The translations under genes and the position numbers were made by a program. The notes below the pieces were generated by a model that did no database searches, had not been told where the DNA came from, and saw only the letters and a program-made list of their open reading frames with translations. From a bacterium (GTDB taxonomy: Bacteria > Patescibacteriota > JABMPQ01 > JBDRIV01): a stretch of DNA of 60,238 nucleotides. Of this stretch, positions 36,449 through 44,503 are shown in pieces (within the stretch, counting starts at the first letter, position 1; each line of letters opens with the position of its first letter). The DNA is taken from contig JBDRIV010000003.1 of the NCBI GenBank assembly GCA_043815505.1, positions 1 through 60,238 on the forward strand. The letters run 5' to 3'.

Positions 36449-36931
36449 TTAGAATGGGATATCTTCGATATCAATTTCTTCTTCGGTGTTAGCCTCAGCC
36501 ACGTTGGCTTCAGGCTTTTTGGCTGCTTCAGGTTTAGCAGCTTCAGTTGGTTTGCTTTCAGTTTTAGCTTCGCGAACGAAACTTCCGCTGGAAGCGTTAT
36601 CGCTTTTGGAACCGAGCATAATCATTTCTTGTGCTACGATCTCGGTTCGGAAACGCTTTACTCCGTCTTGACCTTCCCAGTCGCGAGTTTGTAAACGTCC
36701 CTCAATGTAAACTTGGCTTCCTTTGCGCAAATATTGTGAGCAAATGTCGGCCAGTTTCCCCCAGGCAACTATGTTATGATACTCCACTCGACTTTGTTTT
36801 TCTCCCGCTTTATCGGTCCACTGAAAATTGGTGGCGACGGCGTAAGAAGCAACATTTTGTCCTGTAGGTGTAGTACGGCTTTCTGGATCACGGGTCAATC
36901 GCCCAATGATCGTTGCCTTGTTTAGATCCAT
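36449..36931 (-). CDS. ssb: Single-stranded DNA-binding protein
   Basis: 160 aa. OB-fold N-terminus (NKATIIGRLTRDPE) and an acidic tail ending DIPF. Confidence 0.93.
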   Translation of the reverse strand: MDLNKATIIGRLTRDPESRTTPTGQNVASYAVATNFQWTDKAGEKQSRVEYHNIVAWGKLADICSQYLRKGSQVYIEGRLQTRDWEGQDGVKRFRTEIVAQEMIMLGSKSDNASSGSFVREAKTESKPTEAAKPEAAKKPEANVAEANTEEEIDIEDIPF

Positions 36932-36996
36932 ATGTGTCCTTTCGTGAGTTCAAATGAACTCTATACCCCAGAGGTCAGACCCGCTGTCAATTAACT

Positions 36997-37140
36997 CTTT
37001 CTACTACAGCTTGATATTTTGAGCTACAAATTATTCAAATTTCGTCGCCTATATTTATCAATACAAGCTCCTCACTCTTCATAATTTTCGCTTCAAAATT
37101 TCGGCGCTTCGTAACAAAAGGTTAATTCACAGCAGGTCTA
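36997..37140. repeat. ~140-bp intergenic repeat, copy B (inside the rpsF-ssb spacer)
   Basis: Homologous to the reverse complement of 21572-21714 by manual alignment. Confidence 0.8.
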
Positions 37141-37147
37141 TTAATAA

Positions 37148-37648
37148 TTAAACGTCTAAATCTTTATCCAATAGTTCGTCAATTTTTTCATCCAGCTTAT
37201 CCATATCAACTTTTGGTTTGCTGGATGATTCTTGTTTTGATTCTTTTTCAAGTTTCTTGTCTTCTGCAACTTTTTGTTCTTTGGTCGTTACTCCTCTGGC
37301 TTCAACTTTAACCTTTTTATCTACATCGTCCAAATCAAGTTTTCCTTCCGATGGAGTTAATTCTTTATCAAGTCTGACAACCAAATGACGTATAACATCG
37401 TTATCACGTCGCCATTCTTCTTCAACTTTTTTAATTATATTTGCTTCAGCAGAAAATTTAAGCAAAAAATAATAGCCGTGATCATCTTTCTTGATTGGGT
37501 AAACCATTTTCTTTTTACCCCAAAACTCGTCTGATGAGATCTCGGCTCCCTCGTCAGATAGTTGTTTGGACAGGCGCGATTGAACTGCTTTAGCCTCATC
37601 CTCTGATAGAGAAGGCTTCACAATCGCGACAACTTCGTATTTATTCAT
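37148..37648 (-). CDS. rpsF: 30S ribosomal protein S6 with a charged C-terminal extension
   Basis: 166 aa. MNKYEVVAIVKPSLSEDE... matches the S6 fold region. About 65 extra Lys/Asp/Glu-rich residues follow. Confidence 0.88.
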   Translation of the reverse strand: MNKYEVVAIVKPSLSEDEAKAVQSRLSKQLSDEGAEISSDEFWGKKKMVYPIKKDDHGYYFLLKFSAEANIIKKVEEEWRRDNDVIRHLVVRLDKELTPSEGKLDLDDVDKKVKVEARGVTTKEQKVAEDKKLEKESKQESSSKPKVDMDKLDEKIDELLDKDLDV

Positions 37649-37717
37649 GAAATTTTATTAAATTGTCTTATTAATTTAAGTGTATGGTAGTTTAACATGC
37701 GTTTTTTATTTTGGCAA

Positions 37718-37826
37718 CCCAGTAGTACAATTTAACGATTTTTTTGAAATAATACTCTCTATTCATTGTGTGATTTTTTGTGAAAAGCAAATATTGTGAT
37801 TTTTTTAGCATTATTGTACTACTGGG
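37718..37826. mobile_element. Gene-less derivative of the GIY-YIG cassette (14-bp perfect inverted repeat CCCAGTAGTACAAT, 81-bp interior)
   Basis: 37718-37731 and 37813-37826 are perfect reverse complements. The first 17 nt are identical to 3826-3842, and the interior shares ATAATACTCT with the cassette. Confidence 0.55.
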
Positions 37827-37905
37827 CAAGGGTTTAGAGAATTTACCTTATATAAGCCAATGTACGCTATTTACAATTGAAGGATTTGGTGCTAGTATTA
37901 AGTTT

Positions 37906-38970
37906 ATGAGTTTTTCTTTGGGCATCGTTGGTCTTCCCAATGTAGGAAAATCAACGCTTTTTTCTGCCCTAACTAAAAAACAAGCTGAAGTGCAAAACTT
38001 CGCTTTCACCACCATCGATCCCAACGTCGGTGTTGTTAACGTGCCCGATGAGCGTTTAGATAAACTGGTAGAAATTTGCAATCCTAAAAGCGTAGTTCCT
38101 ACCACTATAGAATTTGTTGATATTGCTGGACTCGTTAAAGGAGCTAATAAGGGTGAGGGTTTAGGAAATCAATTTCTGGCTAACATTCGTGAGGTTGATG
38201 CCATTGTTCAAGTGGTTCGCCTTTTTTCAGATTCTGGTATCACTCATGTTTACGAAACAGTTGATCCGTCTCGCGATATTGAAATTATAAATACTGAATT
38301 AATTTTGGCTGATGTGGAAACTTTGGAAAAACATCATAAGAAAATTGAAGGCAAGGCTAAAAGTGGCGACAAATTGTTTATGCACGAATTAGAAATTACC
38401 AATAATCTTTTACATCATTTACGCCAAGGTGGTTTGGCCAAAGATTTTAAATATAATAAAGAAGATGCCAGTTTCATTAATAATTTGTGGTTACTTACTT
38501 CCAAGCCAATTATGTATGTTGCTAATGTTTCAGAGGAACAATTGAAAGCAGAAGTTGATTTAAAAATTTTACCAGCAGATTCTATTGCCATTTGTGCTAA
38601 ACTGGAAAATGATCTGCTGGCTTTAGCGGATGAAGAAGTAGCAGAATATCTGCAAGAAGCCGGCATCAAACAAACTGGTCTTGACACTTTGATTCAGGCT
38701 GGCTATAAATTATTAAACTTGGCCACTTTTCTGACCGCTGGACCAGATGAAGTTCGCGCTTGGACAATCACCAATGGTTCAACCGCACCACAAGCAGCTG
38801 GAAGAATTCATACCGATTTTGAAGAAAAATTCATAAAAGCTGAGGTGATAGATTATAAAGATTATGTTGAAGCGGGTTCAGAATTAAAAGCCAAGGACAA
38901 TGGCAAAATGCATTTAGAAGGAAAAGAATATATCGTTAAAGACGGCGACGTAATATATTTTATAATTTAG
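37906..38970 (+). CDS. ychF: Ribosome-binding ATPase YchF
   Basis: P-loop GLPNVGKSTLF at the preferred start MSFSLGIVG (37906). The ORF track start at 37780 runs through the inverted-repeat element. Confidence 0.92.
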   Translation: MSFSLGIVGLPNVGKSTLFSALTKKQAEVQNFAFTTIDPNVGVVNVPDERLDKLVEICNPKSVVPTTIEFVDIAGLVKGANKGEGLGNQFLANIREVDAIVQVVRLFSDSGITHVYETVDPSRDIEIINTELILADVETLEKHHKKIEGKAKSGDKLFMHELEITNNLLHHLRQGGLAKDFKYNKEDASFINNLWLLTSKPIMYVANVSEEQLKAEVDLKILPADSIAICAKLENDLLALADEEVAEYLQEAGIKQTGLDTLIQAGYKLLNLATFLTAGPDEVRAWTITNGSTAPQAAGRIHTDFEEKFIKAEVIDYKDYVEAGSELKAKDNGKMHLEGKEYIVKDGDVIYFII

Positions 38971-39010
38971 AATTATAGAACTAACAGCCAATAGTTTATC
39001 AATTAGTGCC

Positions 39011-39101
39011 ATAAGCTATAAGCTATAAGCTATAAGCTATAAGCTATAAGCTATAAGCTATAAGCTATAAGCTATAAGCTATTTGCTATAAGCCATGAGC
39101 C
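39011..39101. repeat. 7-bp tandem repeat ATAAGCT x10 perfect + 3 degenerate units
   Basis: Read directly. The array ends 8 nt before the efp start codon. Confidence 0.95.
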
Positions 39102-39108
39102 AAATAAT

Positions 39109-39672
39109 ATGTTATCAATCAGTGATTTAAAAAAAGTTGGCACCGTTATCGAAATTGACGGCGAGCCCTATGAAATTATCGACACCAACCACAAAGTTCT
39201 TGGACGTGGTGGTGCGGTTTTAAATACTAAATTAAAAAATCTCATCAACGGCAACGTCATTCCCAAGACTTTTAAAGGGAATGAAGTTGCTGAAGAAGCC
39301 AGACTTGATTCGGCCACAGCTCAATATTTATACAAAGAAGGAGAAGAGTTCTTTTTTATGAATTCGGAAAACTTTGATCAATTCTCTTTGCCAGCTAAAC
39401 AAATCGGCGATTTGGATAAATTTTTAGTAGAAAATGAGGAAGTGGAAATTTCTCTTTTCAAAGATAAACCCATAAAAATAAATTTACCTATTAAAGTTAC
39501 TTTGACTGTCAAGGAAGCGCCTCCAGCCATTCGTGGTAACACAGCTGACGGTGGCACTAAAGAAGTGACTCTGGTAACTGGGCACAAAGTAAATACTCCT
39601 CTTTTTATTTCTGAGGGAGACAAAGTGATTGTAGATACTAGAGACGGAACCTATGTCGAACGAGCGAAATAA
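39109..39672 (+). CDS. efp: Translation elongation factor P
   Basis: 187 aa, typical EF-P sequence (KVLGRGGAVLNTKLKNL). Confidence 0.93.
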   Translation: MLSISDLKKVGTVIEIDGEPYEIIDTNHKVLGRGGAVLNTKLKNLINGNVIPKTFKGNEVAEEARLDSATAQYLYKEGEEFFFMNSENFDQFSLPAKQIGDLDKFLVENEEVEISLFKDKPIKINLPIKVTLTVKEAPPAIRGNTADGGTKEVTLVTGHKVNTPLFISEGDKVIVDTRDGTYVERAK

Positions 39673-39680
39673 CTAGAAAC

Positions 39681-39710
39681 CCTTAGGACTTTTCTATAGA
39701 ATTGTCTTAA
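39681..39710. promoter_or_regulatory. Palindromic motif copy 3 (CTTAGGAC-TTTTCTATAGAATT-GTCTTAAG)
   Basis: 30-bp near-perfect palindrome between the efp stop and the RNHCP gene start. It shares the core TTTCTATAGAA with 27411 and 27751. Confidence 0.5.
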
Positions 39711-39724
39711 GTAAGATTAGGATT

Positions 39725-40024
39725 ATGGATAATTCTAAAATAAATTTCATTTTTAAAAACGAGCAGTTTAAGTGCGAGCATTGTGGTGAAGAAGTTCAGC
39801 CACAAAAAGGCACTTGCCGAAATCACTGCCCGTTTTGTTTATATTCAAAACATGTAGACGAATTTACACCTGGTGACAGAAAAAGTATTTGCGGTGGGCT
39901 TATGAAATCAGAAGGATATGAAAAACAAGGAGACAAAATCTACATTCTACACTCCTGCAATAATTGCAATAAAAAAATCAGGAACAAAACTGCTCCTGAT
40001 GATGATCTTGATAGATTGTTTTAA
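39725..40024 (+). CDS. RNHCP domain-containing Cys-rich protein
   Basis: 99 aa with CEHCG...CRNHCPFC...CNNC, i.e. a literal RNHCP motif. Confidence 0.8.
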   Translation: MDNSKINFIFKNEQFKCEHCGEEVQPQKGTCRNHCPFCLYSKHVDEFTPGDRKSICGGLMKSEGYEKQGDKIYILHSCNNCNKKIRNKTAPDDDLDRLF

Positions 40025-40246
40025 GGTGGTTCTTTAATAATGACCTTATTAAGTCCCAGATTTTTATATTCAACTATCAATAGAATATACTCTTTTTTAC
40101 TCCATAAAAAGCTTGCTTTTTGGCTTATTTCTGCTAATATATAAGATATGAGTAAAACTATACATTCCAACAATTCGTTTCTACTAACAGTCTCTTTTAT
40201 TGTATTAATAGTGCAAACTGTTCTATTGTCTTTCTTGACATGTTGT

Positions 40247-40290
40247 ATAAACACATGTAATGTGTCCTCAGACACATTACATGTGTTTAT
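40247..40290. repeat. 18-bp perfect-stem hairpin (ATAAACACATGTAATGTG / CACATTACATGTGTTTAT)
   Basis: Read directly, with 8-nt loop TCCTCAGA. It lies inside the doubtful ORF 40021..40359. Confidence 0.85.
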
Positions 40291-40320
40291 GTAATAAAAG
40301 TGGTATAATATGAATGAATT

Positions 40321-40345
40321 CACCAACTTCTGTTTGGTGTTTTTT
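40321..40345 (+). terminator. Rho-independent terminator (CACCAA-N7-TTGGTG + T6)
   Basis: Read directly on the + strand, ~300 nt downstream of the RNHCP gene. Confidence 0.6.
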
Positions 40346-40359
40346 AATATAAAAAACAA

Positions 40360-40496
40360 GGGAGTTTAGGTTGCCGATGGGTATTCGGACAACAGACCTA
40401 AAATCCCTTGAGTAGGTCTAGCAGTTTGGCTTTTCAAACCAACAGGTTCAAGTTCGCACTTGCTGCATAACCTTGGGGTGCCTAATCCCTTTTTTT
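40360..40496 (+). ncRNA. Candidate small RNA (~135 nt), GC-richer than flanks
   Basis: Hairpin 40360-40371/40396-40407 (12 bp, 1 mismatch), a branched helix AGGT..GCAG/CTGC..ACCT enclosing two small hairpins, and a short GGG/CCC stem followed by T7. No class recognised. Confidence 0.35.
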
Positions 40497-40536
40497 AGTC
40501 CTCAGGAACCCGATCGAGTTCAGCCACTGAAGGACT
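40497..40536. other. Stable stem-loop (AGTCCTCAG...CTGAAGGACT with inner GAAC/GTTC)
   Basis: Read directly. Function unknown. Confidence 0.6.
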
Positions 40537-40580
40537 TGCAGACGCCGCAGGTCGAATTATTTAATATTTTAGCAATTCAA

Positions 40581-41231
40581 TTAAACTGGATCTAATATTT
40601 CTGGAACATCGGCTTGTGGTTTATTAACCAATTTAGATATTTGATAAGAATTCATTTGTGCTGAGTTATACGGAATTAATATTTCTTTGAAACTCAATTC
40701 ATTCATTGAATCCCCCAACCAAATCTTTTCTTCTTCCGGTTTTAGAATAACTGGCATTCTGTCATGAATATTGGCAACTGCCTTGTTGGCATGAGTCGTA
40801 AGAATTGTATAGGAAGGAATCATTTTACCTTTATTAGTTGTATAAGGTTCAAATAATCCCGCCATGGCAAAGGGTTCTTCTTTTTTAAGTAAAATTCGGT
40901 AAGGAGTTTTTTGTTCGCCTGTTTTCTGCCACTCAAAAAAGGAATCGGCTAAAACTAAACATCTATGCTTGTTGAATGCATTTTTAAAAGCTGGTTTGTC
41001 TTGAACTGTTTCTGCTCGTGCGTTTATAAAACCAGCCTGTTTTTTGTCTAACCATTTAGGACGTAACCCCCAAAGTCCAAGTGAAAGTTCTTCTGGTTTG
41101 ATATTTGTTATAATTGGAAGCATTTGAGATGGCGCGGCATTAAAATGCGGCTGCAAATCTTTTGGAACCGAAACATTAAATCGTTTTTCAATTATTTGCG
41201 CTTTGGAGAAAAATGAATATCGTCCACACAT
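40581..41231 (-). CDS. SOS response-associated peptidase (SRAP/YedK family)
   Basis: 216 aa. The N-terminal MCGRY places the catalytic Cys2, and the sequence is typical of the SRAP family. Confidence 0.88.
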   Translation of the reverse strand: MCGRYSFFSKAQIIEKRFNVSVPKDLQPHFNAAPSQMLPIITNIKPEELSLGLWGLRPKWLDKKQAGFINARAETVQDKPAFKNAFNKHRCLVLADSFFEWQKTGEQKTPYRILLKKEEPFAMAGLFEPYTTNKGKMIPSYTILTTHANKAVANIHDRMPVILKPEEEKIWLGDSMNELSFKEILIPYNSAQMNSYQISKLVNKPQADVPEILDPV

Positions 41232-41275
41232 AAATATATCTTAATTACTTTTACTATAACAGATTATGATAAATG

Positions 41276-41319
41276 AAAAAGAGCCCAGCTCCAGTTTTGA
41301 AAACTGGCGCGAGGCTCTT
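41276..41319 (-). terminator. Rho-independent terminator
   Basis: On the minus strand, AAGAGCC..CCAGTTTTCAAAACTGG..GGCTCTT is followed by TTTTT. Confidence 0.65.
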
Positions 41320-41389
41320 AATATGAACGTGTCGGAAATAACAACGATGACAGACCGTGCTCTTAACTTTCCATAAAGCAAATCATACC

Positions 41390-41671
41390 TTATATATTCT
41401 CATCTTTGTTAGTGATGGTCCAACGCAAGCTCACACACTGCCATTCATCAGCTGATTTGCAGAAAAGGCCAAAGCAGCCACTATTGGGATTAATGCTGGT
41501 GATAAGAGCTTGTCCAACTGACAAAGTTTCTACATCAATTTTAAAACCTTCTAAAATCCGTTCTGCCACCTCCGCACTCACGAGACGCTCATTGTGAATA
41601 TAAAACCTGGCATCATCCAAAATTTTTCCAGCCTCCGGATTAGCCACACGGTCCAAAACCTGAATAATCAT
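41390..41671 (-). CDS. Hypothetical protein
   Basis: 93 aa. AAGGAGG Shine-Dalgarno upstream. No family recognised. Confidence 0.65.
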   Translation of the reverse strand: MIIQVLDRVANPEAGKILDDARFYIHNERLVSAEVAERILEGFKIDVETLSVGQALITSINPNSGCFGLFCKSADEWQCVSLRWTITNKDENI

Positions 41672-41828
41672 ATTCTTCCTCCTTTGTATAAGATTGTGGA
41701 TTAAAAACTCTTTTCTTACCTCCTTATAAAAAGTTGTATCATCTTCTCTACAAGGTACATTTTTCGTTCCCAGTAATGTATCACGATGATATTTTTTTGT
41801 AAAGAAAACCCTATTTGTAGTAATTGCT

Positions 41829-42068
41829 TCAAATAGGGAGAATGAAATGGATCATAGCTCGTTTCCAGACACCTTGTTCTTCTTCTTCAGTTGTTGGTTT
41901 GTGCAGTGATACGATCACTTCCTTTGCCTCCTCACGAGCTCGATCAACATTTTCGGCAGATACGACGAAAGTTTCTTGAGTTGTAAATTCTTCGAGACTG
42001 AATGTTTGTCTGTCTTTGTCACCTTCAATCAATGACCAAAATACTTCAAAATCTTTTTTATAAGCCAT
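41829..42068 (-). CDS. Hypothetical protein
   Basis: 79 aa. AGGAGGG Shine-Dalgarno upstream. No family recognised. Confidence 0.6.
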   Translation of the reverse strand: MAYKKDFEVFWSLIEGDKDRQTFSLEEFTTQETFVVSAENVDRAREEAKEVIVSLHKPTTEEEEQGVWKRAMIHFILPI

Positions 42069-42143
42069 AATCTTCCCTCCTGTTTTAGAAAGGACGATTC
42101 AATTCATCAGCAAATTTATCATAACACAAGTATTAAGCAAAAC

Positions 42144-42246
42144 AAACCCGCCCCAGTTTTATAGAACTCAATATATTTTAATGCAATTTACCTTTTGCAA
42201 AAATTATTATTCACGCATTTGAGTTATATAAAACTGGAGCGGGTTT
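42144..42246. repeat. ~103-bp element with 28-bp terminal inverted repeats (second copy of the 18419 family)
   Basis: AAACCCGCCCCAGTTTTATAGAACTCAA at 42144-42171 is complementary to 42219-42246 with 2 mismatches. Confidence 0.85.
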
Positions 42247-42253
42247 AACTCCT

Positions 42254-43309
42254 TTATTTATTGTCCGCTATTTTTTCTTCAACATCTTTTTGCCAAATTT
42301 CTTTTTCAATTTTATTGGCAATTTTAGGATTTTCCCGCAAGAACTGCTTACTAGCTTCTCGGCCTTGTCCTAATTTTTCTTCTCCATATTCATACCAAGA
42401 TCCAGATTTCTTTACCAAATCATAATGCACACCAGAATCGACTAAATCGCCATGGCGAGAAATTCCTTCGTTGTACATTATGTCAAATTCGCAAACACGA
42501 AAAGGTGGAGCAACTTTATTTTTTACAACTTTAGCTTTAACGCGATTGCCGACAATCTTTTCTCCTTGTTTAAGTTGGGCAGCGCGACGAACTTCAATTC
42601 TTACCGAGGAATAAAATTTAAGGGCATTTCCACCGGTAGTAGTTTCTGGATTGCCAAACATTACACCCAGTTTCATTCTAATTTGGTTGATGAAAATTAC
42701 TGTACAGTGCGATTTGGAAACGGCACCAGCTAACTTTCTTAGGGCTTGGCTCATTAAACGAGCTTGCAGAGCCATGTGCGAATCCCCCATTTCACCTTCA
42801 ATTTCAGCTCGTGGCGTTAGGGCAGCCACGGAATCCACCACTACTAAATCAACAGCGTTGGAGCGCACCAAAGTTTCTACAATTTCCAGGGCTTGTTCAC
42901 CGTTTTCCGGTTGGGAAATTAGTAGATCATTTATTTGTACGCCAATTTTTTTGGCATACTCCGGATCCATTGCGTGTTCGGCGTCAACAAAAGCCGCTAC
43001 GCCTCCAGACTTTTGAATGTTGGCAACCACATGCTGGGCAAGCGTGGTTTTACCAGACGATTCTGGACCGTAAATTTCAACTATTCTTCCTTTGGGAATT
43101 CCTCCAATTCCTAAAGCAATATCTAATGAAACTGATCCTGTAGAAATTGCGTCTACATCCACAGCTTCAAAATCCCCCAATTTCATTATTGACCCTTCGC
43201 CAAATCTTTCTTTGATTTGACTGATGGCCTCAACCGCTGCCTTGTGACGACCTTCTTGTTCGGCCGTCAATTTTTTGGTGACGGTTTTAGTTTTTGCTTT
43301 TTTGGGCAT
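42254..43309 (-). CDS. recA: Recombinase RecA
   Basis: 351 aa. Walker [10 protein letters not shown] and a typical RecA core, with a ~20-aa Lys-rich N-terminal extension. Confidence 0.96.
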   Translation of the reverse strand: MPKKAKTKTVTKKLTAEQEGRHKAAVEAISQIKERFGEGSIMKLGDFEAVDVDAISTGSVSLDIALGIGGIPKGRIVEIYGPESSGKTTLAQHVVANIQKSGGVAAFVDAEHAMDPEYAKKIGVQINDLLISQPENGEQALEIVETLVRSNAVDLVVVDSVAALTPRAEIEGEMGDSHMALQARLMSQALRKLAGAVSKSHCTVIFINQIRMKLGVMFGNPETTTGGNALKFYSSVRIEVRRAAQLKQGEKIVGNRVKAKVVKNKVAPPFRVCEFDIMYNEGISRHGDLVDSGVHYDLVKKSGSWYEYGEEKLGQGREASKQFLRENPKIANKIEKEIWQKDVEEKIADNK

Positions 43310-43387
43310 AAAACCTTTCTTAATGTTTAGGATCTTATTAGATCCCCCAGATATTACATTATATCTTTATTGCGAAATTATTTCAAA

Positions 43388-44377
43388 TTAGTTGGTAAAT
43401 TCTATATCTTGACCAACTTCAGCCGAACCTCCAAGTGCACCTTTGTCTTCACCATTAACAATCACAAAAGTTTTATCAGGCTTACCAGAAGCAACCACAA
43501 TTTTGCTTACGCCAGTAAAAGTTTTTTCTGATCCCGGTAGCATAGTAGAAGAAAAATTCTCATCATCATCAATGGTCACGGAAATCCAAGTGGCTTCATC
43601 TTTTATTGACACTACTACAACTACAGGCTTGTTGGCTGTATCGCTCTCTGCTGTTTCTATTTCTACATTAGGAGTTACAGTTTCCTCTTCGGGTGGTTCG
43701 GAACGAACTTGAATTTGTTCGGTGGTAGAATTATTACGTTTATCAGTTGAGGTAATTGTTAAAGTATTAATTCCTTCCTGCAAAGTCACCATTTCCGAAA
43801 ATATACCTTCTTCATTTACAAACACTGATTGGTCATTAATGGTTACTTCGGCGCCTTTTTTAGTTGAACCTTCAACCATGACGATACTGTCTTTAATTAA
43901 GGTGTTGTCTTCGGGATTGGTTATAACCAAATCGGGGTTGGAAGTGAAAGCGGCAATTTGATACCAAAAATAAGCAATGACAATTAAAATACCAACAATT
44001 ATAATTCCATATCTAAACATTTTAGGAGTTATGGTTACGCGATTCTCAATCATGGGTTTCGGTGGCTCTTGCTCTTTATTCATATTATCGTAAATTCCTT
44101 TTTCTTGACGATACAAATTAAGCATTTTTTCTGACGACAAATCGAGCATTTTAGCATAATGGCGAATGAAACCTTTTACATAAACATCAGCCGGCAACTG
44201 TTCGTAGTCGCCGATTTCTAAATAGTATAAATATTTTTCCTGAATTTTAACTTTATCAGCCATTTCATCCAAATCCAATCCCATATTTTCACGCGCCTCT
44301 GCTAAAAATTCTCCTAAAGTTTTTTCACTAGTAATTTCTTTGGAAATAAAACCATTTCCATCAGAGTTGTCTGGCAT
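43388..44377 (-). CDS. rodZ: RodZ-like cytoskeleton protein (HTH + TM + DUF4115-like C-terminus)
   Basis: It has the HTH segment LGEFLAEARENMGLDLDEMADKV...YVKGFIRHYAKMLDL and a single TM helix. I prefer the ATG at 44377 because the track start at 44419 lies inside an inverted repeat. Confidence 0.75.
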   Translation of the reverse strand: MPDNSDGNGFISKEITSEKTLGEFLAEARENMGLDLDEMADKVKIQEKYLYYLEIGDYEQLPADVYVKGFIRHYAKMLDLSSEKMLNLYRQEKGIYDNMNKEQEPPKPMIENRVTITPKMFRYGIIIVGILIVIAYFWYQIAAFTSNPDLVITNPEDNTLIKDSIVMVEGSTKKGAEVTINDQSVFVNEEGIFSEMVTLQEGINTLTITSTDKRNNSTTEQIQVRSEPPEEETVTPNVEIETAESDTANKPVVVVVSIKDEATWISVTIDDDENFSSTMLPGSEKTFTGVSKIVVASGKPDKTFVIVNGEDKGALGGSAEVGQDIEFTN

Positions 44378-44400
44378 TTTTTGGATTAATAGAGTTTTAT

Positions 44401-44502
44401 CCGGTAGTACAACTACCAAATAAATAAAATAATATTATTTTCAACTAAGTCAATCTTTGTAGCAATTTCTTCAACCAATCAACTAGTAAGTTGTACTACC
44501 GG
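44401..44502. repeat. 13-bp perfect inverted repeat CCGGTAGTACAAC / GTTGTACTACCGG with a 76-bp interior
   Basis: Read directly. It is a variant of the CCCAGTAGTACAA repeat and fills the rodZ-ftsK spacer. Confidence 0.8.
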
Positions 44503-44503
44503 G

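Noticed and set aside
40021-40359. 112-aa minus-strand ORF as a real gene
   Set aside because: It has a non-ATG start inside a plus-strand terminator T-run. It contains an 18-bp perfect inverted repeat and has no family resemblance. I kept it only as a doubtful possibility in the findings.
40360-40470. Additional tRNA or tmRNA suggested by GGTTCAAGTTC
   Set aside because: No acceptor, anticodon or T-arm pairing can be built around it, and there is no tmRNA-type 5'/3' ends or tag ORF.
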